Source: a virus. From it: a stretch of 64,000 nt of DNA. A program made the position numbers and the translations under genes. The notes below the pieces were generated by a model, which ran no database searches, was not told where the DNA came from, and saw only the letters and a program-made list of their open reading frames with translations. Positions 1 to 10,539 of the stretch are shown piece after piece. The stretch's first letter is position 1, and each line of letters starts with the position of its first letter. Location of the stretch: the IMG/VR virus record IMGVR_UViG_3300037423_000411, positions 32,001 to 96,000 of that record; one strand, written 5' to 3'.

Positions 1-92
1 GGGTCATCTTGGGTCTCGACGCAAGTTGGCTTCAGGGAAAAGTTGTGACCTCCTGAGCGGCTTCCTTCTGTGTGAAGCACAACCCGGCTGGC

Positions 93-347
93 TCAGGAGG
101 TGGTCCGGTGAATCGGGCAGTCAGGATCTGGCTGACAACGGCATTGTCGCTGTCTGCGCTGCTTCTTCTGCGTCTCGTAGTCCGCGAACGCTGCCGCTCC
201 GACGACTATCAGCAGTGTCCCTGTGAACAGCACCGCGATCGCCAGCGACCACCCTCCGAAGACGTACTCCAACCCGTTGAAGAGCCCGACACCGATCACG
301 ACGCTCACGGCACGAAACACCATCCGGCGTCTCATCGTGCTCATCAT
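93..347 (-). CDS. small membrane protein
   Basis: Two hydrophobic segments followed by a Cys-rich basic tail. Confidence 0.55.
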   Translation of the reverse strand: MMSTMRRRMVFRAVSVVIGVGLFNGLEYVFGGWSLAIAVLFTGTLLIVVGAAAFADYETQKKQRRQRQCRCQPDPDCPIHRTTS

Positions 348-364
348 GACCGTTGAATCGACCC

Positions 365-688
365 TCAGTAGTCCAGCTCGTAGCCTGCTGCTCGTAACAG
401 TGGCCCTACAGCGTTCACGATGTCCAGCGGGCCAGTCGTAGAGCTGTTCCAGACACTCGCCACTTCGTCCATCATGTCCTGCAGCATGTAGCGTCCCAGC
501 GCGTGCTTCTGCTCCTTGTTCAGCGCCATGACGGCTTTGTGATTGCCACGCTCGAACACGTTCAGCACCGTCGCTCCCGAATCGTCGTCATCGGCGAACG
601 GGGTGAACATCAGCTCCTTGTTGCTCAGCAGCGAGCGCAGAACCAGTCCGTCCTCGTCCAGCTGAACCTGCGGCAGTGTCTCCTGCAT
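365..688 (-). CDS. hypothetical protein (early-type leader)
   Basis: AAGGAG SD, CTCTCAC hairpin at 703-718 and TTGACA promoter at 751-756. Confidence 0.75.
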   Translation of the reverse strand: MQETLPQVQLDEDGLVLRSLLSNKELMFTPFADDDDSGATVLNVFERGNHKAVMALNKEQKHALGRYMLQDMMDEVASVWNSSTTGPLDIVNAVGPLLRAAGYELDY

Positions 689-727
689 GATCTGTCTCCT
701 TCAGCGGTGAGAGTCGCTTACAGGGAC

Positions 728-759
728 AGAATGCCAGTCAAGGTTACAGCTGTCAACCC
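728..759 (-). promoter_or_regulatory. SigA-type promoter with palindromic -35 region (representative of about 16 copies)
   Basis: TTGACA-N17-CATTCT, with GGTTGACAGCTGTAACC imperfect palindrome. Confidence 0.75.
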
Positions 760-1234
760 TCAGACAGGCGCGAGCCCCTGAACGCGGCAGGCACGCTAGA
801 ACACGTCAGGGGCTCGGCGAAGGAAACCTTATCGGGTCCCTGACCGGTTGCAACAACCGGTCTGTCCGACTTTCGTGTTCCAACCTCACGATCGTACAAA
901 CCCGCAGGTCAGGAGCTTGTAACGACCACCGAAGCGGTTCTGACCCACAAGTAACCAGCCAGTATCGACCGATTCTTGCAGACGCTTGCTACACGCTCAC
1001 GATCGACGGTTCTTCGCCCACGGCTCACGCTTCAAGGCCTCGTAGTAGACCGTCCTCCCGAGCGCGTGTACACGTCCCAGCCGCATCTGATGCCGATAGT
1101 GGTACCACGAGTCCCGAGCCTTCTCCCAACGACTCATGCCTGCCTCCTCCATGTACCGCTACCTCGCGTCATAGGTGCGAGATCGTAGCAACCCCCCAAC
1201 CTAACCGGTCACAGTTCTGTCTCGACTACCGAGC

Positions 1235-1363
1235 ATGGACGAAGAACTCAGCCCCGAACTGCAAGAGGTCGCTGACCTGCTCTGGGAAGCAGCACACGGC
1301 GCTCCACCGCTCGTTGAGGACAAGGTCTGGTGGATGGCTGTGCGTCGAGGCTTGGGAGCGTGA
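1235..1363 (+). CDS. small hypothetical protein (42 aa, rare plus-strand ORF)
   Basis: MDEELSPELQEVADLLWEAAHGAPPLVEDKVWWMAVRRGLGA; protein-like composition; below the ORF-track cutoff. Confidence 0.45.
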   Translation: MDEELSPELQEVADLLWEAAHGAPPLVEDKVWWMAVRRGLGA

Positions 1364-1366
1364 GAA

Positions 1367-1765
1367 CACCCTCTGAGCGACGTCCTATGAGTTGTGTAAG
1401 GAGGCTGGCTCAGAGGGTGCTTGAGGCGAGTCGAGGCGTCTATGGAAGACACTGTTCGGTTGGACTCGCCCCCTCAGACGTGGCGACGGATTTATGTGCC
1501 TAGTCGGCGTATTGGCCTCGCCTGAGGTCTGACGGACCTGAGCGCGAAAGTTTGGCTTCCCGTACGGTATGGCTCAGGCCCTGCTTGAGCTCCCTTCAGG
1601 CAATGGATCTATGGTCCTCGCTTGGCGACTGGCCCGAAGGGAAGTTCTGTCCTCGCTGCGGGGAAAACCTGGTGCCCCGTCAACGCATCACTCATGGCAG
1701 CGAGGAAGCTTGGTTCCCGCAGACGAAAAACATCCTGGGTATCGGCAGGACTTGGTCTGCGGGAA
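1367..1765 (-). ncRNA. TIGR-like stem-loop guide array, 7 units
   Basis: Units at 1367-1419, 1425-1470, 1472-1527, 1537-1578, 1591-1642, 1651-1705 and 1714-1765; each is a unique inverted-repeat stem enclosing CCA-N~9-(YG)-Nx-(C)CA-N9-11. Confidence 0.8.
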
Positions 1766-1769
1766 GTCT

Positions 1770-2099
1770 CTAGTGCGTCTTACCCCACTGACGCAGCTTC
1801 TCAAGCATCGTAGGGTGTGTCAGCACGTCGTGCACGTAGGTCGCCTTCAGGTGCAGCCTCTCGGACTCAGGCAGGTTCCCCAGCCCTGGCATCCCCGGCG
1901 CGATCTCCTGCTCGAAGTACTTGCGCGCCAGCTCCTTGTCCACCGCAAGCGCACCGAGCGCAGCTTGCGTCGTCCCGTAGTGCACGCCCTTGTTGAACGC
2001 CCACATCCAGCACTCGCGCATCTCTTCGCCGAACGTGTCCTGCCGATCGAACTGCTGCTTGGCCTCTTCCTCCATCTCGAAGAACTCGTCCAGGTTCAC
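1770..2099 (-). CDS. hypothetical protein
   Basis: GGAGG SD; stop lies immediately before the 7-unit array. Confidence 0.7.
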   Translation of the reverse strand: MNLDEFFEMEEEAKQQFDRQDTFGEEMRECWMWAFNKGVHYGTTQAALGALAVDKELARKYFEQEIAPGMPGLGNLPESERLHLKATYVHDVLTHPTMLEKLRQWGKTH

Positions 2100-3068
2100 C
2101 TGTTACCTCCTCTCCCACGCGTTGGTCGCGAAGCAGTCGGCACACGGCTTGGCCTGCGTACAGTACGGCAACGGCAGCATGATGAGGAACAGCCTGACGA
2201 GCACGTAGACCTTGCCTCGGTACGTGATCATGCCAACCCCTTCCTACGCCGGTTGTGCAGCTCCGCGATCGCGTACGCACGTGCCTTGTCCTGCCCCATC
2301 CCGATGCTGACGTAGCCGTCCTTGTAGTCCTTCCCCCAGCCGAGCGCGATGCACTCGTTCAGCGTCAGGTCCGCAGGATCGATCTCTGTCATCGCTCACC
2401 CCCGTCAGGCTCGGTCTTGTCTTGCACACGCGCTCGTAGCGTCTGTACGACGTACCTAGCGCCTTTCGGCAGTGCGTTAGGCCCGAAAGTTCTTTCCCGA
2501 GGCTGTATATCAAAATGCCTCTGGAGACGATCACGCAAACGGCCCTCTCCCGAAGCGTCAGAGGTCACTTCATGCCTGGTCATGTCAGCTCTTCTCCTTC
2601 CGTGCTCTACGTGCCTGCAGGTACTTCGTGATCCCTTGCCCTCGGTGCTTGAACTGCCAGGCGCAATACAGCGTCATCAGCGACGCGAGGTTGAACCCTA
2701 CGAAGTTCATCGGGTGATCGGGGAAGTACCTCGGCCCTACCGTGAACGCACCCTGTATCAGCGCTCCGACCGTCGCCATGACCCCGTAGAGGATTCTCAT
2801 CGGTACCTCCACTTGCACAGCACGATCGTCGGCCGCTTCAGGCACATGTCTTCCACCGGCTTGTACGGCTCCCACGACAGACCTCCCAACCACGCAGGCC
2901 TGCCACCCAGCATCCGCGTGCCCTTCGGAAGTACACCCCACGTCCGCGACCACTTCGTACCGAGCACCGTGATCGCGTGACCCCCTACGAACCGACTGTG
3001 CTTCTTGATCCGTACCGGGAGGCGTTTCTGTCCTGGTTTCAGGCTCTCCTGCCACAGCTTCAGCCTTG

Positions 3069-3662
3069 TCACCATGTACACGCCCCCCACATTCCCAGAC
3101 TGTCCTTGTCGGCCTTGCTCTGCGCGTCTCTGTAGGCCTGCTGCTGCGCGTAGGGCTTGTCGTAGGTGTACTCCTTCGCATACCCCCACTGAACCGCCCA
3201 TAGACCCCAGTCCATGCCTCCGCTGATGTCTCCCGGCCGGAACAAGATGTAGGCCAGCGTCCGCCCGTACTTGTCGACCGGAGCTTGTGACGTGTCCTGC
3301 ACGATCTGGATTGCCTCGTCGTGCGGCATCAGGCGCTCGGCTTCGGCCTTCGCTCGATCGGCGTAGCACTCGGCAGGATGCCTGCCTCTGGCAAGTTCCG
3401 GTGTGTCGATACCGATCTGACGAATCGTGATCACGCCTCGGCCTTCACAGTTCGCCTTCACCGTGTCTCCGTCGATGACACGATCTACCAGACAGTTCTT
3501 CCTGCGTGGCGGGCTGACCTTCTTCTGTCCCGGCGTAGTGCGCGAGTTGTGCGCTGCTTCTTGTGCAGGATCCGACCGCAGTGCGGTCATGATGGTTGTC
3601 GCCAGCAACGACCCCACCAAGAGACCTACCGAACCTGCCAGAGACCACTTCGGAACACTCAC
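3069..3662 (-). CDS. thermonuclease (staphylococcal nuclease-like) with N-terminal hydrophobic segment
   Basis: RVIDGDT, IRQIGIDTPE and DKYGRTLAYI motifs; GTG start at 3662 inferred. Confidence 0.88.
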   Translation of the reverse strand: MSVPKWSLAGSVGLLVGSLLATTIMTALRSDPAQEAAHNSRTTPGQKKVSPPRRKNCLVDRVIDGDTVKANCEGRGVITIRQIGIDTPELARGRHPAECYADRAKAEAERLMPHDEAIQIVQDTSQAPVDKYGRTLAYILFRPGDISGGMDWGLWAVQWGYAKEYTYDKPYAQQQAYRDAQSKADKDSLGMWGACTW

Positions 3663-4056
3663 GTCTTGTCTCCTGACAAGATCCTGAAGCGCGTTGTGTA
3701 GGCGATCCTGCCATCTTTCAGGTCCTCGATCTCGACCCCTGCCATGACCTTGTCGAGCACGGTTTCCCACGCAGGAGTCAGCTGTGAACGATCGATGTCG
3801 GCAGAGCACACGGCAAGCATCGTGAACGCGATTGCCGCCTCGTAGTTCGTGAGCGTGATCTGATCCTTGCTCATTCACGTGTTCCTGTTCCGTAGCTCTC
3901 GGACATTCAGCGTGTGCTTCGCCAGCGCCAGTTCGTCAGACAGGTCCTTGAAGCGCTCAGCGGCACTCAGAACCACTTTCTCCGCACGTGTGCGCTGTGC
4001 CTGCAACGACACGATCTTGCGTGCCAGAGCAGCGTCTGAGAGCTTCTCGTAGTCGG

Positions 4057-4248
4057 TCACAGCTGCACCGGCTTGATCGTGTCTTCGCGCTCACTGCCGA
4101 CCCGCACCCAGTTCGCCTCGGGGAACCCGTCCACGTGGATGGCGTGGTGCTTGTACTCGTACGGCTGAATGACCCCAGCGTAGGTGCCTTCGTAGGTCTT
4201 GCCGTCCTCGGCCGTGAAGGTCACTCGCTGACCGTTGTGGAACGTCAT
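4057..4248 (-). CDS. small SH3/KOW-like beta protein
   Basis: FHNGQRVTFTAEDGKTYEG; GGAGG SD with early leader. Confidence 0.65.
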   Translation of the reverse strand: MTFHNGQRVTFTAEDGKTYEGTYAGVIQPYEYKHHAIHVDGFPEANWVRVGSEREDTIKPVQL

Positions 4249-4479
4249 TTCCGCCTCCGATGGGGTGAGAGTCCCGCTTACAGGTCCATAGTGCCGTATC
4301 AAGGTTACAGGTGTCAACCGATACACGCGCGAAGCCTCCGAGCGGAGGGTTATGGGTTCGTACCCTGCGGAGTGGCTCGGAGGCTTCTTCTGGCGGTTCC
4401 GCGTCCTTATCAAGACGGACGTAATCGGCACAACGTCCGGTCGCGGATCTCTTACCTAGCTGTCTGACCCAGGATCTGA

Positions 4480-5172
4480 TTACTTCGCGTGCCACCAACG
4501 GCCTTGTGACGTCCCGGTGCTCAGCAGGTACTCCCACTTGAACGACCCGTCAGGCAGTTGCTTGAGTCGCTTGTCGACCACGTGGCTACCGTCGATGGTG
4601 TCGGACTCGATCGGCTTCGGATGCAGCTTGTTCGGGCGCTTGGTGCTGTACTTCACGACCTTGCCCTCAAGCGTCATCGACTGGCCCTGAGAGGCGCTCT
4701 GCGAGGTCTTCGCCTGTGCCGAGGTGTGCTGACTCAGCTTCTCCTTCAAGGCCCTCTGTGCCTCACCCTGAGCCTGTGCGTCCGCACCTTCGTGTGCGGG
4801 GTTCAGCTGGTGCTCGGTGTGCAGCAGGGACGACGACTTGCCGGTGTCGTAGTTCTTCACTGCGAACGACCACTCGTGCTTCCCGCTCGCGTAACGCGTC
4901 AGCGTGCGGTCACGCACAATCCAGAGCTTCTTGCCGTTGCCTTTCACGACCGTGTCCCCGACAGCGAACTTCGGCTTGGGGTGCGCAGGGTTGCTCGGAT
5001 CGTAGGGCACGTTGTCCTGATACCCGCCCTGTGCTGCGTGACCTGGCTTGTGCGGCATACCAGGCGTACCTGTGCGCTCGTGCGCCGACACGTGTGTCCC
5101 GTCCTTCTTCGTGTAGGCCTTAACGTGCTCTACGGCACTCAGCGCGACCAGCCGGTCAACGTGTTCTCCCAT
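4480..5172 (-). CDS. hypothetical phage protein with HVKAYTKKDGTHVSAHER motif
   Basis: Long ORF; the N-terminal basic motif recurs in phage proteins; KOW-like KPKFAVGDTV. Confidence 0.7.
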   Translation of the reverse strand: MGEHVDRLVALSAVEHVKAYTKKDGTHVSAHERTGTPGMPHKPGHAAQGGYQDNVPYDPSNPAHPKPKFAVGDTVVKGNGKKLWIVRDRTLTRYASGKHEWSFAVKNYDTGKSSSLLHTEHQLNPAHEGADAQAQGEAQRALKEKLSQHTSAQAKTSQSASQGQSMTLEGKVVKYSTKRPNKLHPKPIESDTIDGSHVVDKRLKQLPDGSFKWEYLLSTGTSQGRWWHAK

Positions 5173-5200
5173 GGCTTGAGGATCGTCCTCCTATGACGAA

Positions 5201-5258
5201 TCCCGCTCCGAGCTTCGCGACATTGGGGATGACGCTTGTTGGATGGCTCGGAGCGGGA
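5201..5258 (-). ncRNA. solo TIGR-like unit
   Basis: 13-bp stem tcccgctccgagc/gctcggagcggga enclosing CCA-tccaacaag-CG-tcatcc-CCA-atgtcgcgaa. Confidence 0.7.
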
Positions 5259-5268
5259 CGATCTGGAT

Positions 5269-5523
5269 TCAGTTCAGCTTGGCGGTCTCGCGTGCGACGA
5301 TCTCGCCTGCCTTCTTCACGCCGTCCGCACGCTTCGCGAACTCGTGCACGTCGCCCCGAGTCTCGCTGGCCCAGTCGTTGACCAGATACTTGTTCCCTGT
5401 CAGTTCGACGTAGGGCTTCGGCATCGTCACCAGAACCGCGACGGTCTTGCCGTTGACGCTGAAGTGCTGCACGGTGCGCCCGTACTTGTCGCGAGTCTTG
5501 TACTGAGTGACGGTCGCGTTCAT
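5269..5523 (-). CDS. hypothetical early protein
   Basis: Promoter at 5592, CTCTCAC hairpin and GGAGG SD; ATG at 5523. Confidence 0.7.
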   Translation of the reverse strand: MNATVTQYKTRDKYGRTVQHFSVNGKTVAVLVTMPKPYVELTGNKYLVNDWASETRGDVHEFAKRADGVKKAGEIVARETAKLN

Positions 5524-5593
5524 TTGGTGCCTCCGAGGTGAGAGTCTCGATCTGCCCTTGCGAGTTCTATAGTGCCGTACTGGGTTACAGCTG

Positions 5594-6190
5594 TCAACCC
5601 TTCGAGGCGTATAACCAGCTGCCCCCGCTGTCGGCCTGCGTCTTGCCGGACAGAACATCGCTCACGGTTCCACGCACTCCCTTGGCAGGACCCTTCCAGC
5701 CATCGGCCTTGAAGATCTGACCCCACCGATCCACGAAGCAGTACACCGAGGACCCCAGAGCAGCGTCTGAACCCTCAGGTGTCAGTTCCTGCTGAACGAT
5801 GCGCTGGTACGTGCGGCCTCCCTTGCTCACGTAGAACCGGTGCTTGTAGGGCCACTTCTTGTCGGCGTCCTGATCGGTCAGGAACTGAGCCAACGCTTCG
5901 GCAGGATTGGCCTCGGCCCACGCCTTCTGCGTCTCCGCGTAGTGCTCGGGGTTGTTCTGCTCCAACGTCGTTGTGAACTGCGGGACGCCTGGCACGTGGT
6001 TCGGCACGAAGTCTTCCGGCTTCGGGGAACCGTACTGCCCATCGCTGCTACCTACGTGACCGATCTGCTCTTCGACCTTCTCGATGACGACGTAACTCGT
6101 GCCGTGCAACATCTCTTCTGCGATGGCGACCTTGGCGTCTTCGGTCAGGTGTGCGAGGACCTGCAGACCGTACTTCTCCAGCGTGTTCAT
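5594..6190 (-). CDS. hypothetical protein with conserved phage C-terminal domain
   Basis: SVYCFVDRWGQIFKADGWKGPAKGVRG resembles a motif common in small phage proteins; GAGGAGG SD. Confidence 0.7.
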   Translation of the reverse strand: MNTLEKYGLQVLAHLTEDAKVAIAEEMLHGTSYVVIEKVEEQIGHVGSSDGQYGSPKPEDFVPNHVPGVPQFTTTLEQNNPEHYAETQKAWAEANPAEALAQFLTDQDADKKWPYKHRFYVSKGGRTYQRIVQQELTPEGSDAALGSSVYCFVDRWGQIFKADGWKGPAKGVRGTVSDVLSGKTQADSGGSWLYASKG

Positions 6191-7101
6191 GATGTTTGCC
6201 TCCTCGTGAGAGAGATCTGATTCAGTACGCCTGAGCTTCGACGGCTGCTTTGACCAGCGTCTGCAGGGCCGCATCTACGATCTTCGGATCTGATCCCTTG
6301 GCGCCCGACAGGGCATACAGCGAACGACGCCCCAGGAACCCGTCAGAGCCCGCGTAGCGGTATTCCAAACCGAACTGTGCGGCGTAGTCGACCATTCCGA
6401 CAACCTCGTGCTGACGAACCGAGATCGTGACCACAACCGGCTTACCTTCGAAGGTGGCTACGTGCACGACTCTCATCGGTTCGCACGCTCTTCCTGAGCC
6501 TTGTGCAGTTCGGCCATCTTCTGCTGCAGCTGGTCGGTCATCGCGTCGCACGCGTTCTTGACCTCTTCGGCGGCCTTGGTCCAGGAGGCTTGCACATCCT
6601 GAGCAACCAGCTCCTGGTCGGCCTTTCGGCCACGAGCGGCCAGTTGAGCATCCGTCTCGGTCAACCGACGCCACCTGACGATGTCACGCCTGCGGTCGCT
6701 TGCTTTGCTCATGATTGCCTCTTTCGGGGTGAGAGACCCGTTGTTGCCCTGACTTCTTCAGGATGCCTCATTGGGTTACAGGTGTCAACCCTTAGACATG
6801 CTTGAATCGAGATCACCTGAGATTCGGTGTCTCGATCTGATGTTTCGGAGGCTTCGTCTCGCGGTGCCTGAAGTCGGTCTGTCCGTCTTGTGCGATGCGA
6901 TCTGATGTGCAAAGGCATGCCTAGAGGGGCTTGTCTGCCGACTGAATATGGCCTTGCACGAGCCTGTATGAAGTTGCCTTGAGTCCCCGCCTGTTCGGCC
7001 TTGATCTGCGGTACTTCTGAGCCTGAAAGTTGCCTCGGAAGGCTGTGGCGTCAGTTCTTTCGCGCTTGATCTGGCGTACTAAGTGCCCGACTGATCAGAA
7101 G

Positions 7102-7282
7102 CTTACCGCACGCGAGGTGATCCTGTGTAGAGGCGTCTCGTGTGGCGTGCGGTAAGTGCTCTGACCTGCAGGTTTGTCTCTCTCGCGTGGTGCATTGGTG
7201 TGTACGGAGGAGGTATGGCGAGAGGACGGATCTGAACTCACGCGGTGTGCATTGGGGTGTCTTGATCACGGATGGCGTGAGT
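7102..7282 (-). ncRNA. TIGR-like stem-loop guide array, 3 units
   Basis: Units 7102-7156, 7180-7224 and 7236-7282, each with its own stem and two CCA/ACA-anchored segments of about 9 nt. Confidence 0.72.
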
Positions 7283-8778
7283 GTGACTCGTTTTCTCTCA
7301 GAGTGACTCGTGAGGATCTCAGGAGGGGGTTTTTACGCTCAGCGGACCTTTCGGCCTCTCTTGTCCACATGCCTGCTTACTTCATGTGTGAACACTGCCT
7401 GATCGAGTTGAGCCTGATCTACCTGTGTGACCTTGAGGACTGGTTCGTGTCCTCTCTTCGCTACCAGCTTTGCGCCTAGTGCTAATCGTGCTTTGACTTG
7501 CTTGTGATAGTTCTCCGACTTCTTGTTCATCGTTGATTCCTTCCTGTGTGTTGACGGTTGTCACTCTCGTTTGAGTGAGAATGGCTTTTGGTAGTCACTT
7601 GATTATGAGAGTGACTGTCATGTTTTTCTCTACGGGTGTAGAGGGTTCGATCTGACTGCTTCGATGTTCGAGTTGATGAGTCGGCTGAGGTAGGTCCCTG
7701 CCTCCTGATACGAGTTTTCCCTGATGGCGAGCAAGAAACCCTGCAGCAGAGGGAGAGCTTCGTACGCGTTCAAGGTGGTGCGCAGTTGAAGCTGTACGGT
7801 GAGATCTACTGTCTGTTTCATCGTGAGGTGTGAGCACAGAGCGAGATCCTGTGCGGCGAGTGCCCAGCTGTAGTTCTCTTGAGGCATCCCCTGTGTAGCT
7901 GTCACTCCCCGAGCTTCCTTTCGAGATACTCCCTGAGCGTTGCTACCTGCCCTGCAGGGAGGTTCGGAGCGACTCTGTGCAGCCTGATCCAGTCGTAGTG
8001 CTGACCTGTCCTGATGATCGCGTGAGAGCCGCATGAGCAGTGTGCGCGTCTGAGATCTGTTCTCAGGATGTCGAGCCTGAGCAAGTTGTGCTCAAGTACG
8101 TGATCTGCTCGGTAGGGCTGCCTCATCTTCAGTACGTCCCTAGTGCGTCTTCGATGTCCTTGATGCCTTCGACCGTGTAGGTGGTGCCGTCAGCACAGAT
8201 CACCATCCAACGATCTGTGCTCTCGTAAATCGCCTTGTAGAACACTTGGCTTGTGAGATCCCACGAGTCGGTGAACCCGAGATCACTCAAGACTCTGCGC
8301 TGCTCAGGCGTGAAAGTGCTGTTGGACAGGCTCACTGCTTCTCCCACTGGTACGGGTAGGCATCGTGCATCATCCCCATGACGTCCTTGAAGCATCCACA
8401 GCACAAGTAGGCCGTGAGTGGGTGGAACGGGATATCGGTGGTCTCCTCGATCTTGTGAGCGGCTGGTGCGTTACAGCTGTTGCACCTCTCCTCACGCGCC
8501 CAGACAGGGAAAGGATGGTCTGCACGATCGTCGGTGATCATCTCGGGCTGCATGAGCTTGGCCCTGCTGATCAGGATGCTGTCGAGCAGAGGTGAGCCGG
8601 TGATGCTTGGCTTGGGTTGATCTGTCATCTCTGCAGCTCCCTGTTCGCCTTCTCCAGCGCTTTGTCGACCTGACTGAACCCACCCGCTTGTAACCCTCCA
8701 CAGCGACCACCAGAGCCCGTAGAAGCTGTCTGTAGTCCGCACCTGGTTCCCAGTCGTTGGTCATGCTCTACGTACGGC

Positions 8779-8808
8779 AAAACCCCCGAGGTTCGATCGG
8801 GGGTTTTG
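8779..8808. terminator. bidirectional intrinsic terminator
   Basis: aaaacccccga...tcgggggtttt inverted repeat with A/T tails. Confidence 0.75.
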
Positions 8809-8814
8809 AGATGG

Positions 8815-9051
8815 TCAGTACTTCGGCTGAACGGTGACAGTACGTCCTGCCTCACCGTTCGCGAACAGATCGGCCATGCCGTACTGGTCGGTCATGATCT
8901 CGTAGTGCAGTCCTGCGTTACGCGAAGGCGTGTACGCACGGATGAACTCTCCGGTGTAGGTATGCCCGTTGCCTGCGATGAACGCGACGCGAGCGCCCTT
9001 ACGGAAGCGCGGAGGCTTCGGACTGGTGCCTCGATGAGTGATGGTTGCCAT
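8815..9051 (-). CDS. small SH3-like protein, possible paralog of 4057-4248
   Basis: RFRKGARVAFIAGNGHTYTG aligns with FHNGQRVTFTAEDGKTYEG. Confidence 0.65.
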   Translation of the reverse strand: MATITHRGTSPKPPRFRKGARVAFIAGNGHTYTGEFIRAYTPSRNAGLHYEIMTDQYGMADLFANGEAGRTVTVQPKY

Positions 9052-10539
9052 GATCTGTCTCCTTTGAAGCGGTGAGAGTCACTTCTCGCAAGTGCTGTTG
9101 ATGATCGGGCCGTATTCCCACTTGGTGGTACCAGGGGTGTAGCGGTAGCCGTAGGTGGTCGTGGTGACTGTGTGACCGCCACTGGCCTTGCACGCGTTGT
9201 CGCTCTTGACCGCGAACACCACGCACACGCCGATCAGCGCGACACAGGCCACGATTCCTGCGATGAAGATCTTGGTGAACCAGTCCATTTTCCTGCCCCT
9301 AGCGGTGAGAGTCGCTGTCTTGCCCTTACCTCTCTATAGTGCCTGAGTAGTTGTCAACTGTCAACCCCCTACAGCCAACCAACTTCGGCCTCGTGAATGT
9401 CCAGCCAGCCGATGTACTCACCCTCGCGACTGAGGATGGTGAGGTTGCCTATCTGGTTCTTCACCAGACGTGCCTCAGGCTGTGCGTCCACGATCTCCTG
9501 TAGTGCCCTGATGAGTGCCTGAGGCTCACCGTAGAAGTACCTGTCAACAGGATCTCTCATACGGCCTCCTCACTCCTGATGACCTCGGCCTCCTTGATCT
9601 CGGACACCGAGGTAGGCAACCAATCTGTCTTCTGCGGGATGTTGGCGATAGCCCACCGACCGCCCGGCCGGTTCAGCTCTTCCTGCACCGACTGACCTGT
9701 CACCTCGACATCATCAGGCAGCACAAGCACGATGTCTGCAAACTCGACGCGCTGTGCTCGCACACGTAGCTTCACTTCAGTTCCACCCTCACATTGACCT
9801 GCCACACAATCGAGTCATCCTCGCGAGTGTGGTGCTGATATGCCTTCCCGTACACGTACACAAGCTGTTGTGAGTCGACCGCGAAGAATGCTTCGGCGGC
9901 CTGGTGCGCGTATGCCTCGATCTCGGATATCGACTGTCCGAGAGCCGCGAACTCGATGCTGTTGATGCTCATCATCAGAAACACCCGTTGTACTTCGCCA
10001 TGACAGCCGCGCGCTGATCAATCGAAAGAGGCGTCATGAAGTCGGCCACTACCTGTGCTCGTTGCATCGCGAGATCGGAGTACCAAGAACCGCCAGGCCC
10101 GTTGTAGGGCTTCCATTCGACCTCGACATTGTTGTCCTCGACTTGCACATGCAACGGGCCACCAGTGCCACAACCCTCAGTCGCGTACAGCAGGTCGATC
10201 GCATCCATGATCTCGCGTGCATTGTCAGGGAGATTGGTAGGTGCGCCGTACTCCTCTTTCCAGCATCCACAGCACATCAGTCAGGCAGCTTTCGGCTCTT
10301 GGCCTGCTGCCAGATCGCGGCAAGCCTCGACACGGTGTCCTGTGTGTCGCGCAGTCGGTCGTACTCCTCAGGCGTGAGCAGTGGCCTCGAATCGGCAAGG
10401 TCCATCACCGTGGCGAGTGCGTGTGCGTAGCTCCACAGCCCGCTCACAGCGAAGAGATCTGATTCCTTGATCACGAAGTACGTGCCTGGTGCGAGGATCT
10501 CACCATTCGCCTTCTTGACGACGTACTTCTCTTCGACTG

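Noticed and set aside
771-816. Hairpins at 771-816, 33284-33328 and 42075-42130 as guide units
   Set aside because: They lack the two correctly spaced CCA anchors and are more likely terminators.
1367-1765. CRISPR array
   Set aside because: There are no identical direct repeats and no cas genes; conservation is limited to stems and CCA anchors.
1569-2315. Long plus-strand ORFs (also 13251-14030, 45880-47091, 62294-63238 and others)
   Set aside because: These are antisense shadows of real minus-strand genes in GC-rich DNA, with no SD or recognisable motifs.
7030-7090. Additional guide unit in the 7.1 kb array
   Set aside because: Two CCA anchors are present, but they are 23 nt apart and there is no convincing closing stem.
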